In this document: in pieces, positions 19,389 to 29,909 of the stretch
Layout of the letters: every line of letters begins with the position of its first letter
Position numbering within the stretch: the stretch's first letter is position 1
Assembly (NCBI GenBank): GCA_044344255.1
Contig: JBIJDH010000001.1
Span: forward strand, 128,001 to 192,000
From: Myxococcota bacterium
GTDB taxonomy: Bacteria; Myxococcota_A; UBA796; UBA2385
DNA length: 64,000 bases
Direction: 5' to 3'
The notes under the pieces: model-generated
The model's input: the letters and a program-made list of their open reading frames with translations, nothing else
What the model was told of the DNA's origin: nothing
Database searches by the model: none
Translations under genes and position numbers: made by a program

Positions 19389-19994
19389 TCAGATGACCTG
19401 CGGCTCGTTCGGATCGAAGCCCGCGGGCGCCTTGCCCGGGTTCTGCCGATAAAAGTCCTCGGCCTCGGCGCGGGTGCCGTCCATGAGGTCGACCATGTAG
19501 GCCTTGTCGTGGACCATGTCCTGACGAGAGAAGGCGTTGATCTCGTAGATGCCCGTGTCCATGCGGATGGCGTCCTTCGGGCAGGCCTCGACACAGAAGC
19601 CACAGTAGATGCAGCGCAACATGTCGATCTGGAATTCGACGGGGAACTTCTCGATGGAGTCGTTGCCGTCTTCCCCAGCCTCGATGGTGATGCACCGGGC
19701 GGGGCAGACCTGCGCGCAGCACATGCAGGCCACACACTTCACCTTGCCATCGGGGCGGGTGGTGAGGCGGTGCGCCCCCTTGTACCGCTCGGGCATGACC
19801 TTGCGGACGTCCGGATACTCGATCGTCCGGAACGCATCGTCCTGCTTGAACAGGTTGTTCTTGATGTTGTTCACCACGTGCGACATGGTGATCCAGAGAC
19901 CCTTCAAGATCTCCACGATGTACAGCTTCTGAGCGAAGCCGAAGTCGCGGGGACGACGGTCGATGCTCGTCTCGGTCGGCGTGGGCGAAGCCAT
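19389..19994 (-). CDS. nuoI: NADH-quinone oxidoreductase subunit I
   Basis: Two ferredoxin motifs, CVACMCCAQVCP and CIYCGFCVEACP. Confidence 0.95.
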   Translation of the reverse strand: MASPTPTETSIDRRPRDFGFAQKLYIVEILKGLWITMSHVVNNIKNNLFKQDDAFRTIEYPDVRKVMPERYKGAHRLTTRPDGKVKCVACMCCAQVCPARCITIEAGEDGNDSIEKFPVEFQIDMLRCIYCGFCVEACPKDAIRMDTGIYEINAFSRQDMVHDKAYMVDLMDGTRAEAEDFYRQNPGKAPAGFDPNEPQVI

Positions 19995-20026
19995 GAGGAT
20001 GCCTCCTGGGGGGCGGGGAGCCCCGC

Positions 20027-21367
20027 TCAGGCGAAGAGCTTGTTCTTGACGATGACCCAAACGCCAGCGAGGAAGACGTTACCGACGGCGACCGGCAACA
20101 TCATCCGCCAACCCAGGTTCATGAGCTGGTCATAGCGGAAGCGCGGGATGGTCCAGCGCACCCAGATCATGATCCAGCAGCCGATGAGGGTCTTGACCAC
20201 GAGCACGTTGGTCTGGATGAGGAAGGCCACGATCTCGGGGCCGAGCTGGGACTTGCCGACGATGCCGGAGAGCCCGAGGCCGCCGAGGCCGAGGTGCACG
20301 AGCGCCGCGCCCGCCCAGATCACCGCGAAGACCAACGGCTCCTTCTGACGGGGATCGTTCTTGGCGATCACCTGGTAGAAGTTCCGCTTCCGCCTGCCGA
20401 TCGCGATGACCGAGAACGCGAGGAAGACCGGGACCGCGAGGAAGCCGATCGCCGTGACGATGAGGTCGGAGTGGGCGCGGATGGCCTCGCCGTTCAGGAA
20501 GGGGAAGTTGTATCCCCCGAAGAAGAGCGACGCGGTCACCGCGGAGCCCACCACCATGTGGGCGTACTCCGCCATGAAGAACAGCGCGAAGCGCAGCGAG
20601 CTGTACTCGGTGTGGTAGCCCGCCACGAGCTCGGCCTCACCCTCGGGGAGGTCAAAGGGCATGCGGTTCGTCTCTGCGAACACGCTGGTCCAGAAGAGGA
20701 TGAAGGCCAGCGGGCCGACGATGCCCCCCTGAAACACGCCCCAATGCAAGATGGAGCCGGACTGCGCCGCCACGATGTCCCCGAGCCGCGGCGAGCCGAA
20801 GCACATGAACATCACCACCACCGACAGGCCCATGGACAGCTCGTAGCTGACCATCTGGGCGCTGGCGCGGAGGCCGCCGAGCAGGGCGAACTTGTTGTTG
20901 CTGGCCCAGCCCGCGAGCATCACGCCGTAGACGCCGAGGGAGCCGATGGCCAGGACGTAGAGGAGCCCCCCGTTGATGTCGGCGACCTGCAGCTTGATCT
21001 TGTAAGCCTCCGTGAGGCCCAGCATGCCCGCGGGGAGCGTGAGGTGGTCCCCCCAGGGCACCACCGCGAAGGTCATGAGCGCGACGCTCATCGAGATCAC
21101 GGGGGCCACGAACCAGAAGGTGCGCTCCACCTGCTGGGGGATGATGTCCTCCTTGGTGATCAGCTTGACGACGTCCACCAGGGTGTGGATCAAGCCGCCC
21201 GCCCGCACGCCAAAGATGTCGGCGCGGTTCGGCCCCGGGCGGTCCTGGATGTAGGCCGCCCCCTTCCGCTCGCCCCAGATGAGGAGCGGCACGATGTTCA
21301 TCACGAAGACCACCGCGAACACACACCGCAGGACGGTGACCGCGATCTCGATTGGCTGGACGTCCAT
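20027..21367 (-). CDS. nuoH: NADH-quinone oxidoreductase subunit H (long form)
   Basis: ERKGAAYIQDRPGPNR, AETNRMPFDLPEGEAELVAGYHTEYS, RWTIPRFRYDQLM. Confidence 0.95.
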   Translation of the reverse strand: MDVQPIEIAVTVLRCVFAVVFVMNIVPLLIWGERKGAAYIQDRPGPNRADIFGVRAGGLIHTLVDVVKLITKEDIIPQQVERTFWFVAPVISMSVALMTFAVVPWGDHLTLPAGMLGLTEAYKIKLQVADINGGLLYVLAIGSLGVYGVMLAGWASNNKFALLGGLRASAQMVSYELSMGLSVVVMFMCFGSPRLGDIVAAQSGSILHWGVFQGGIVGPLAFILFWTSVFAETNRMPFDLPEGEAELVAGYHTEYSSLRFALFFMAEYAHMVVGSAVTASLFFGGYNFPFLNGEAIRAHSDLIVTAIGFLAVPVFLAFSVIAIGRRKRNFYQVIAKNDPRQKEPLVFAVIWAGAALVHLGLGGLGLSGIVGKSQLGPEIVAFLIQTNVLVVKTLIGCWIMIWVRWTIPRFRYDQLMNLGWRMMLPVAVGNVFLAGVWVIVKNKLFA

Positions 21368-21389
21368 GGTCGACTTCCGGCTTGAAGGC

Positions 21390-22997
21390 TTAAGCGGGGC
21401 TCTGGCTCGGCTGGTCACCGCCGCCTGCCGAGGCGCCGCCGATCAGGTCGAGGGCACCCGGGTGGATGGACTGACCCTGCGTTCCGAGCGTCTGGTAGCT
21501 CATTCCCGCGAAGGCCGGGACCGCCTCGGCGAGGCGCTTGAAGGCCGCGGCGGCCATCGAGAAGTTGGGGGCGCGTCCGAGCGCCTTGCCGAGCTTCTCC
21601 ATGAGCTGCCAGGCCGGGAGCGAGTCGCCGGAGGGCGGGAAGGCCCGGCGCATCCGCTGCACCCGACCGTTCCGGTTCGTGTAGGTGCCGTCCTGCTCCA
21701 CCGCGTGAGCGGCAGGGAGCACGTATCGGGCGGCGTCGGAGGTCGCGTTCTGCTGGCTGCCCACGTAGATGATGTCCACCTTGGGCATCGATCGACCGAG
21801 GCGGCCGACCACGTCATCCTCGAGGACGAGCAGCACCTGCACCCCGGCCTCGCCGAGGCGCACGAGGTCGCCGGCGCCCCCCGCCTGCCCGTCAAAGCGC
21901 GCCAGCAGCCGCGCGCCTGAGGTGTTCGGGTTCTTGTCTGCGCTCACGAGCAGGGTGTCGCTGTAGGTGGAGGCGCCGGGGTCGTTGCCCTCACAGGCGT
22001 ACAGGGACACGCCGCTCAGGTTGTCTCGGACCACGCGAAGAAGACCCCAGTTGGCCTCGTTGGTGGCCTGAGCGCCGAGCACCGCGCCCACCTTCCCCGA
22101 CCGCAGGGCCGCGACGACCGCGCCGATGGCCTCATCGGTGTCGACCTTTCGACCATCGACCCGCGCACGGAGCAGCCGATTGGCGGCGTTCGCTCCAGAG
22201 GCCATCGCTCGACCGGGATCACACATCCAGGACTTATTGACCGCGTCGTTCCGACGAGGGGTGTAGCGGAAGACGCTCCCACTCTCGTGATGGACGGTGA
22301 TGTTGCAGCCCGTCGCACAACCGGTACAGAGAGAGTCGCCCTCTTTGAGGTACCAGACCCGCTTGGTGAAGCGGAAGTCCTTGTTGGTCAAGGCCCCGAC
22401 CGGACAGATGTCGGCCAACACACCCTGGTATTGGTGCTTCAGCCGTTCGCCGGGAAAGAGGCCGATCTCGGTGTGATCGCCGCGGTTGAAGAGGCGGAGA
22501 TCACCCGTCCCCGTCACCTCGTCCCCGAAGCGCACGCAGCGGGAGCAGGCGACGCAGCGCTCCGCGTCGAGGACGATGTGCTCGCCAATGTCCTGGCGCT
22601 TCGTCTTGTTGACCTTGGCGTCCACCCCACGAGACTCGTAGCCGCCGTGGTCCATGTAGTAGTCCTGCAGCCTGCACTCCCCGGCCTGGTCGCAGATCGG
22701 GCAGTCCAGGGGGTGGTTGACCAGCAGGAACTCCATCACGGACTTGCGCATCTGCTTGACGATCGCGGTGTCGGTGCGGATCGCGAGGCCGTCACGGGCC
22801 TTCATGTTGCAGGCGATGTCCACGCCGCGCCCGCCCGCCTCGATGTCTACGAGGCACATCCGGCAGTTTCCCGCGACCGAGAGGTGCGGGTGGTAGCAGT
22901 AGTGCGGGATCTCGACGCCGGTCTGGCGGGCGGCCTCGATCATGTTGGTCCCTTCCGGGACCTCGACGGAGACGCCGTTGATTTTCACCGTTGGCAT
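21390..22997 (-). CDS. nuoG: NADH-quinone oxidoreductase subunit G (short form, about 535 aa)
   Basis: IPHYCYHP, CRMCLV, NHPLDCPICDQAGECRLQ, CVACSRC, CTGCATGC. Confidence 0.93.
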   Translation of the reverse strand: MPTVKINGVSVEVPEGTNMIEAARQTGVEIPHYCYHPHLSVAGNCRMCLVDIEAGGRGVDIACNMKARDGLAIRTDTAIVKQMRKSVMEFLLVNHPLDCPICDQAGECRLQDYYMDHGGYESRGVDAKVNKTKRQDIGEHIVLDAERCVACSRCVRFGDEVTGTGDLRLFNRGDHTEIGLFPGERLKHQYQGVLADICPVGALTNKDFRFTKRVWYLKEGDSLCTGCATGCNITVHHESGSVFRYTPRRNDAVNKSWMCDPGRAMASGANAANRLLRARVDGRKVDTDEAIGAVVAALRSGKVGAVLGAQATNEANWGLLRVVRDNLSGVSLYACEGNDPGASTYSDTLLVSADKNPNTSGARLLARFDGQAGGAGDLVRLGEAGVQVLLVLEDDVVGRLGRSMPKVDIIYVGSQQNATSDAARYVLPAAHAVEQDGTYTNRNGRVQRMRRAFPPSGDSLPAWQLMEKLGKALGRAPNFSMAAAAFKRLAEAVPAFAGMSYQTLGTQGQSIHPGALDLIGGASAGGGDQPSQSPA

Positions 22998-23049
22998 TTT
23001 CTTACCGACAGCATGTTCGGTTGGACATGTCGAGGCGACATGAAGGGCC

Positions 23050-24344
<1,295 letters not shown>

Positions 24345-24363
<19 letters not shown>

Positions 24364-24923
24364 GTCCACTGATCCGCTTCGGGGCGAGGGGTAGGGAGGG
24401 GGCGGCCGCTGCGCAGTCCGTCCACGATCAGGTCAATGCCCTTCTCGGTGAGCAGCTCGTAGAAGTGCTCGTCGATCTGCATCATCGGCGCGGAGCCACA
24501 CGAGGCCAGGCACTCGACCCGCTCCAGCTTGAAGAGCCCGTCGGGGCTGTGGCCGGTGGCGGGGTCAATCTGCAGCTTCGCCGCGATGTAGTCCACGATC
24601 CGATTCGCGCCACGGAGGGCGCAGGGGAGCGTGTGGCAGACCTGGAGGACGTAGCGCCCCGTCGGCTGCTTCTTCAACATCGTGTAGAAGGAGGCCACCG
24701 ACAGCACGTCGCTCGGCGGCAGGTCCATCGTGAGCGCGACCCGCCGGAGGACGTCCGGTGAGAGCCAGCCCCACTTTCGCTGGGCCATCCACAACACGGG
24801 CAGCAGCGCGGCGCGCCGTTCGGGGTACCGACGGGCGATTTCCTCGATCTCCACGCGCTCCTCGGCGGTCCAATCGACCGGTCCGTGGCTCGTAGCGGGG
24901 GGACCCTTGGAGTGAGAAGCCAT
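24345..24923 (-). CDS. nuoE: NADH-quinone oxidoreductase subunit E
   Basis: VASFYTM, CHTLPC, ECLASC. Confidence 0.95.
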
Positions 24924-24931
24924 GGAGATTC

Positions 24932-26122
24932 CTAGCGATCCAGCTCGCCAGCGATGATGTTGACCGAGCCAAGGGCCGCGATCGCGTCGGCGAGCATCGC
25001 ACCCTTGATCATCGTGGGGAAGGCCGTGTAGTTGGCAAAGCAGGGGGGGCGAATACGCACACGCCAGGCCTTCGGGCCACCGTCGGAGACGATGTAGAAG
25101 CCGAGCTCCCCATTTCCACCTTCGGTGGCCGAATAAATCTCGCCTCGTGCGGGCGAGACGCCGTGCATCACGATCTTGAAGTGGCTGATGAGGCCCTCCA
25201 TCGTATTGTACACGAGGTCTTTGGCTGGCTTTACGTAGCGGGGGTCATCGAGGATGTGCGGGCCCTCGGGGAGCTTCTCGATGGACTGCATGACCAGCCG
25301 ACGCGACTGCTCCATCTCCTTGAAGCGGAGCGTGATGCGGTCGTAGGTGTCACCGTGAGAGCCCAGGGGCACCTCAAAGTCGTAGGTGTCGTAGCCCCAA
25401 TAGGGCTGCGTCTTGCGGACGTCGTACGGGATGCCGGTGGCGCGCAGACACACGCCGGTCATGCCGTAGCGCAGCGCATCCTGTTGGGAGATCGCGCAGA
25501 CGCCCTGGGTCCGATCGACGAAGATGCGGTTCGTCTCGACCAACCCCTGCACATCAGCGAGGTGGTTCTTGAGATCGGCCATCACGCCGCTCAGCTTCTC
25601 GAGCCAGCCCTCAGGCACGTCCATCGCGACGCCGCCGATGCGAGGGTAATTCACCATCATTCGGGCGCCGCACAGCTCTTCGTACAGATCGTAGATCTTT
25701 TCACGATAGTTGTACAGATACCAGAAGTTGGTGAGCCCGCCGAGGTCGACCATGTTCGCGCCGATGCAGACGCAGTGGTCGATGATGCGCCCCATCTCGC
25801 TGGTCATCACCCGCAGCACTTGGGCGCGCGGCGGAGCCTCGATGCCGAGCATCTGCTCCACGGCGTAGCACCAAGCGTTAGAGTTCAGCACCGGCCCCAT
25901 GTAGTTGAGGCGCTCGGCGTAGGGAACAACGTGCTCATAAAACACGTTCTCCGCCTGCTTCTCGAAGCCGCGATGGAGATAACCGATCTCGAAGCCGCTG
26001 GCGGTGATGGTCTCACCGTCGAGCTCGACCTGAATTCGCAGCGTTCCGTGGGTGACCGGATGGCTGGGCCCGATGTTGATGACGAGGCGCTCAGCGTCGA
26101 TCGGGGAGACGATAGTGCTCAT
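24932..26122 (-). CDS. nuoD: NADH-quinone oxidoreductase subunit D
   Basis: NIGPSHPVTHGTLR, GYLHRGFEK, GELGFY, GELDR C-terminus. Confidence 0.97.
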   Translation of the reverse strand: MSTIVSPIDAERLVINIGPSHPVTHGTLRIQVELDGETITASGFEIGYLHRGFEKQAENVFYEHVVPYAERLNYMGPVLNSNAWCYAVEQMLGIEAPPRAQVLRVMTSEMGRIIDHCVCIGANMVDLGGLTNFWYLYNYREKIYDLYEELCGARMMVNYPRIGGVAMDVPEGWLEKLSGVMADLKNHLADVQGLVETNRIFVDRTQGVCAISQQDALRYGMTGVCLRATGIPYDVRKTQPYWGYDTYDFEVPLGSHGDTYDRITLRFKEMEQSRRLVMQSIEKLPEGPHILDDPRYVKPAKDLVYNTMEGLISHFKIVMHGVSPARGEIYSATEGGNGELGFYIVSDGGPKAWRVRIRPPCFANYTAFPTMIKGAMLADAIAALGSVNIIAGELDR

Positions 26123-26655
26123 GCCCACTCCGGATCGTCAGGGATGAGGTTCTCGACGGGCCGGCTGAGGCGCTGCCGCTTGCCGATCGGGTAGTCCTTC
26201 CGGAGAGGGTGGCCCTGGAAGTCCTCATGGTTCAGGATGCGCCGGAGGTTCTTGTGACCGGCGAAGCGCACGCCGTACTGGTCGTAGACCTCGCGCTCCA
26301 TCCAGTTGCAGCCGGGCCACAGCTCGAAGAGTGTGGGGACCTCCACGCCGTCATCCTCCACCGCCACCTTCACCCGGTAGCGGTGGTTGATCGTGTGGGA
26401 GTAGAACTGGTAGACCACCTCGTACCGCCACTCCCGATCGTCGCCGTAGTCCTGGTAATCCACCCCGGCGACGTCCATCAGGATGGTCATCCCGAGCTCA
26501 GGATCGTCGCGGAGATAGGTCGCCACGGCCAAGAGGTCAGCCGGGCGGATCGTGATGGCCTGCTGCCCGCAGGAGTCGGTGACGCTGACGACACGGTCTG
26601 CGAACTTTGCGCGCATCCGTTCGGTGATCTCTGCCTGCTGCATCGGTCCTTCCAT
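26119..26655 (-). CDS. nuoC: NADH-quinone oxidoreductase subunit C
   Basis: NWMEREVYDQYGVRF, GHPLRKDYP; start is either 26655 or 26643. Confidence 0.95.
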   Translation of the reverse strand: MEGPMQQAEITERMRAKFADRVVSVTDSCGQQAITIRPADLLAVATYLRDDPELGMTILMDVAGVDYQDYGDDREWRYEVVYQFYSHTINHRYRVKVAVEDDGVEVPTLFELWPGCNWMEREVYDQYGVRFAGHKNLRRILNHEDFQGHPLRKDYPIGKRQRLSRPVENLIPDDPEWA

Positions 26656-26702
26656 ACGTCGTCCCCGCGTCAGGCGCGGGTCCGGAGGGTGTCTCGGGAG
26701 CC

Positions 26703-27178
<476 letters not shown>

Positions 27179-27188
<10 letters not shown>

Positions 27189-27547
27189 TCGAAGGCCCCC
27201 CGGCGCAGGCAGTAGAACCAACCGAGGAAGAGGGTCCCGAGGAACACGGCCATCTCCCCCAACGCGAAGAGCGCCGCCCCACTCTGAACAAACTTCTGGT
27301 AGACGGAGGACCACGGGAAGAGGAAGACCGCTTCCAAGTCGAACAACAGGAACAGCACCGCGACCATGTAGAACTTGACGCTGAAGCGCTGCTGCGTGCC
27401 ACCGACCGGCGGCATGCCACACTCGTACACCGCCGTCTTGGCGGGGACGGGCCGCTTCGGGCCAAAGTAGAAGCTCAGCCCCACGAAGGCGAGGCTGAAC
27501 ACCACCGCGATGGTGAGCGAGACGAGGATGGGAAAATACGGGTTCAT
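27179..27547 (-). CDS. nuoA: NADH-quinone oxidoreductase subunit A
   Basis: [31 protein letters not shown]. Confidence 0.95.
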
Positions 27548-27555
27548 GGGCCCTC

Positions 27556-27584
27556 GCCCTACCCCCTCGGCGCCCGCTGGTCAA
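27556..27584 (-). promoter_or_regulatory. Putative sigma70-type promoter of the nuo operon
   Basis: On the minus strand: TTGACC-N17-TAGGGC, ending 8 nt before the nuoA ATG. Confidence 0.4.
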
Positions 27585-27628
27585 GGCGGGAGGAGGGCTG
27601 CGGGGCTCCGCCATGCTAACAAGGCGCC

Positions 27629-28285
27629 ATGCGGATCCTCGGACTAGACGAAGCGGGGCGGGGCAGCGTCCTCGGGCCCATGGTCATCGGTGCTTTCTCT
27701 TGCCTCGCCGCCGACGAAGCGGCCCTTCAGGCAGCGGGGGCGGCGGACTCGAAGACCTTGAGCGCCAAGGCGCGAGAGCGAATTCGCGAGCGGCTGACCC
27801 CGCTCGGCGTCGCGGCCGCGCATGTGATCCCCGCGACGGCTATCGACGCGGGCAACCTCAACACGATCGAGGAGGAGGTCTTCGCGCTCGCCATCATCGC
27901 CGCAGCGCCGGACGTGGTCTTCATCGACGCCCCCGTGAACCCGCGCGGCATCCCGGCCTTCCAGCGCCGGCTGGTCGCGCGCCTCGGAGATGCCGCCGTC
28001 CCCCGCTTCGTCATCGAGCCGAAGGCCGACCTCAACTACCCTGTCGTGGGCGCGGCCAGCATCTTCGCGAAGGTGGCACGAGACGCCGCCATCACCGCCC
28101 TCTCCGAGGAGCAGCTCGACGCGGGGTGGGGCGCGCTCGGCTCCGGTTACCCCTCCGATCCGACCACCCGTCGTTGGCTCCTCGGCTTCCTCCGACGAGG
28201 AGAGCCCCTCCCGGTGTGTGTGCGCAGCCGCTGGGGCACCATCGATGTGCTCCGCCAAGAGCTGTTGTTTGGGCCGCGCGGGTGA
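27629..28285 (+). CDS. rnhB: Ribonuclease HII (archaeal/eukaryote-like sequence type)
   Basis: [49 protein letters not shown]. Confidence 0.92.
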   Translation: MRILGLDEAGRGSVLGPMVIGAFSCLAADEAALQAAGAADSKTLSAKARERIRERLTPLGVAAAHVIPATAIDAGNLNTIEEEVFALAIIAAAPDVVFIDAPVNPRGIPAFQRRLVARLGDAAVPRFVIEPKADLNYPVVGAASIFAKVARDAAITALSEEQLDAGWGALGSGYPSDPTTRRWLLGFLRRGEPLPVCVRSRWGTIDVLRQELLFGPRG

Positions 28286-28968
28286 TCGGCCTCAGCGTCC
28301 CCCTCTTCAACGAGGAGGCCCTGGTGGACTCCGTGGTCGAGGACATCGTCGAGGTCTTGAGCCGGGAGGGCATCCCCTACCGCATCGCCCTGGTGGACAA
28401 CGGGAGCCTCGACACCACAGGCGCGCGGATCGAGGGCCTGCTGGACCGACACCCGGGGCTGCTGGCCGTGCGCCTGTCCCCCAATCAGGGGTACGGCGGC
28501 GGGATCCTGTCTGGCGTCGAGCGCCTGCTCCAGGAGCCCGCGGTGGAGGTGCTGGGCTGGATCTGGGGGGACGGGCAGGTGTCTCCGGAGGTGCTCCCCG
28601 CCCTGTACGCCGATTGCCAAGCCGGAAGCCCGATGGCCAAGGCGCGCCGGACCGACCGGCAAACTCCCCTTGTCCGCCGCCTGGTCTCGGCGGGCTTCGA
28701 GGCCTTCACCTCCGCCCTCGGCGTACGCTCCGCCGACATCAACGGCTGTCCGAAGCTCTTCCGGCGGGAGGCGCTGGTCGCGCTGGGGCCCCGCTGCCGG
28801 GGCTGGTCGCTGGACGCCGAGGTGATGATCGGCGCCGAGGCGCGGGGCTGGCGCGTCGCCGAGCGGCCGGTCCGGCTCCGCGAGCGGGCAGCGGGGGAGA
28901 GCAAGGTGCGCGTGTCTACAGCGGTTGAGATCGCCCGACACGTCGTCGGCTGGAAGCTGCGCGGCTGA
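28282..28968 (+). CDS. Glycosyltransferase family 2 (polyprenol-phosphate glycosyltransferase-like)
   Basis: VPLFNEE, VDNGSLD, NQGYGGGI, WGDGQ, DINGCPKLF; GTGA overlap with rnhB. Confidence 0.88.
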   Translation: MIGLSVPLFNEEALVDSVVEDIVEVLSREGIPYRIALVDNGSLDTTGARIEGLLDRHPGLLAVRLSPNQGYGGGILSGVERLLQEPAVEVLGWIWGDGQVSPEVLPALYADCQAGSPMAKARRTDRQTPLVRRLVSAGFEAFTSALGVRSADINGCPKLFRREALVALGPRCRGWSLDAEVMIGAEARGWRVAERPVRLRERAAGESKVRVSTAVEIARHVVGWKLRG

Positions 28969-28989
28969 GGCCGGCGCTCCGCCCGCGGC

Positions 28990-29757
28990 TCACTCACCCG
29001 CCTCAAAGTCAGACCAGGGATCCCCCGCGCTGTCATCGATGTCGTGGAAGGCGGCGGCGATGCCCTCCATGGGCAAGTCCCGATCGACAAAGGCGATGCC
29101 GACGAGGGGATCGGGCCCGTTGCCGAGGGGCGGGCGCCGGGAGCGCTCGTGCCAGCCGGTGATGCCCGCCACGGTGCCCGTGGAGCGCGCGTGGAAGAGG
29201 CGATACGAGAGCACCCGCCCGTCGTCGTCGCGCGTCACGTCGACCACGATGCCCACGTGCACCACCCCGTCGAGCCCTCGCCCTCGGCTGGTGTAGCCGT
29301 AGAACATGGCGGCGCCCGGCACGATCCAGGGGTCAGCGTCTTCGGGGCGCTCCACCCGCGTGAGCAGGCCGCGGTCGTCGTACCAATGCGCGAGGGCGTG
29401 GGAGCTGCGCGCGACGTCCATCGTCGGCGCCTCGATGCCCGAGCAGCGCCGCTCCAGCACGCTGAGAACGCGGTGGAACATGCCCGAGCAGTCGGACTGC
29501 GGCTGGCTGTTGTAGCGCACCCGCTGCTCGCTCAGGAGGCGAGCCGTCTGGCGGACCACGGTGGCCAGCTCGGTTCGCCCCTGATCACAGGGCCCATCCG
29601 CTACGGAGGGCTGCATCGCCGGCTCCGGCACGTCCATCGAGATCAGGTGGTGCAGCGGGGTGGGCGGGCCCACCACGCGCTCCGAGCGGGCGACGTTGCC
29701 GAGCCCGAAGAGGGCGAGCAGCCCTGTCGCCCATCCCAGTCGCGCGAGATGTCTCAT
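28990..29757 (-). CDS. Secreted NlpC/P60-like cysteine hydrolase (putative peptidoglycan hydrolase)
   Basis: Signal peptide; DCSG...HVGIV...FH gives a Cys-His-His arrangement. Confidence 0.7.
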   Translation of the reverse strand: MRHLARLGWATGLLALFGLGNVARSERVVGPPTPLHHLISMDVPEPAMQPSVADGPCDQGRTELATVVRQTARLLSEQRVRYNSQPQSDCSGMFHRVLSVLERRCSGIEAPTMDVARSSHALAHWYDDRGLLTRVERPEDADPWIVPGAAMFYGYTSRGRGLDGVVHVGIVVDVTRDDDGRVLSYRLFHARSTGTVAGITGWHERSRRPPLGNGPDPLVGIAFVDRDLPMEGIAAAFHDIDDSAGDPWSDFEAGE

Positions 29758-29909
29758 CCTGCCTCCGCGGCGAACGTTGACCCCGACCCGATGAACCTAC
29801 TTCGGGCGTGGAACGAACACCAGCGGAATACAGGTGAACTGCGTTCTTTTTTTGGACGTTTGAGGTCAAATGGTCGAAGGACCGCCCTCAAGTGGTCTGC
29901 GCGCCGCGC

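Noticed and set aside
29770..29860. Possible plus-strand sRNA (TTGACC...TACTTC, then GAAC-TGC-GTTC followed by T7)
   Set aside because: The promoter spacer is only 15 nt and the stem only 4 bp, which is insufficient support.
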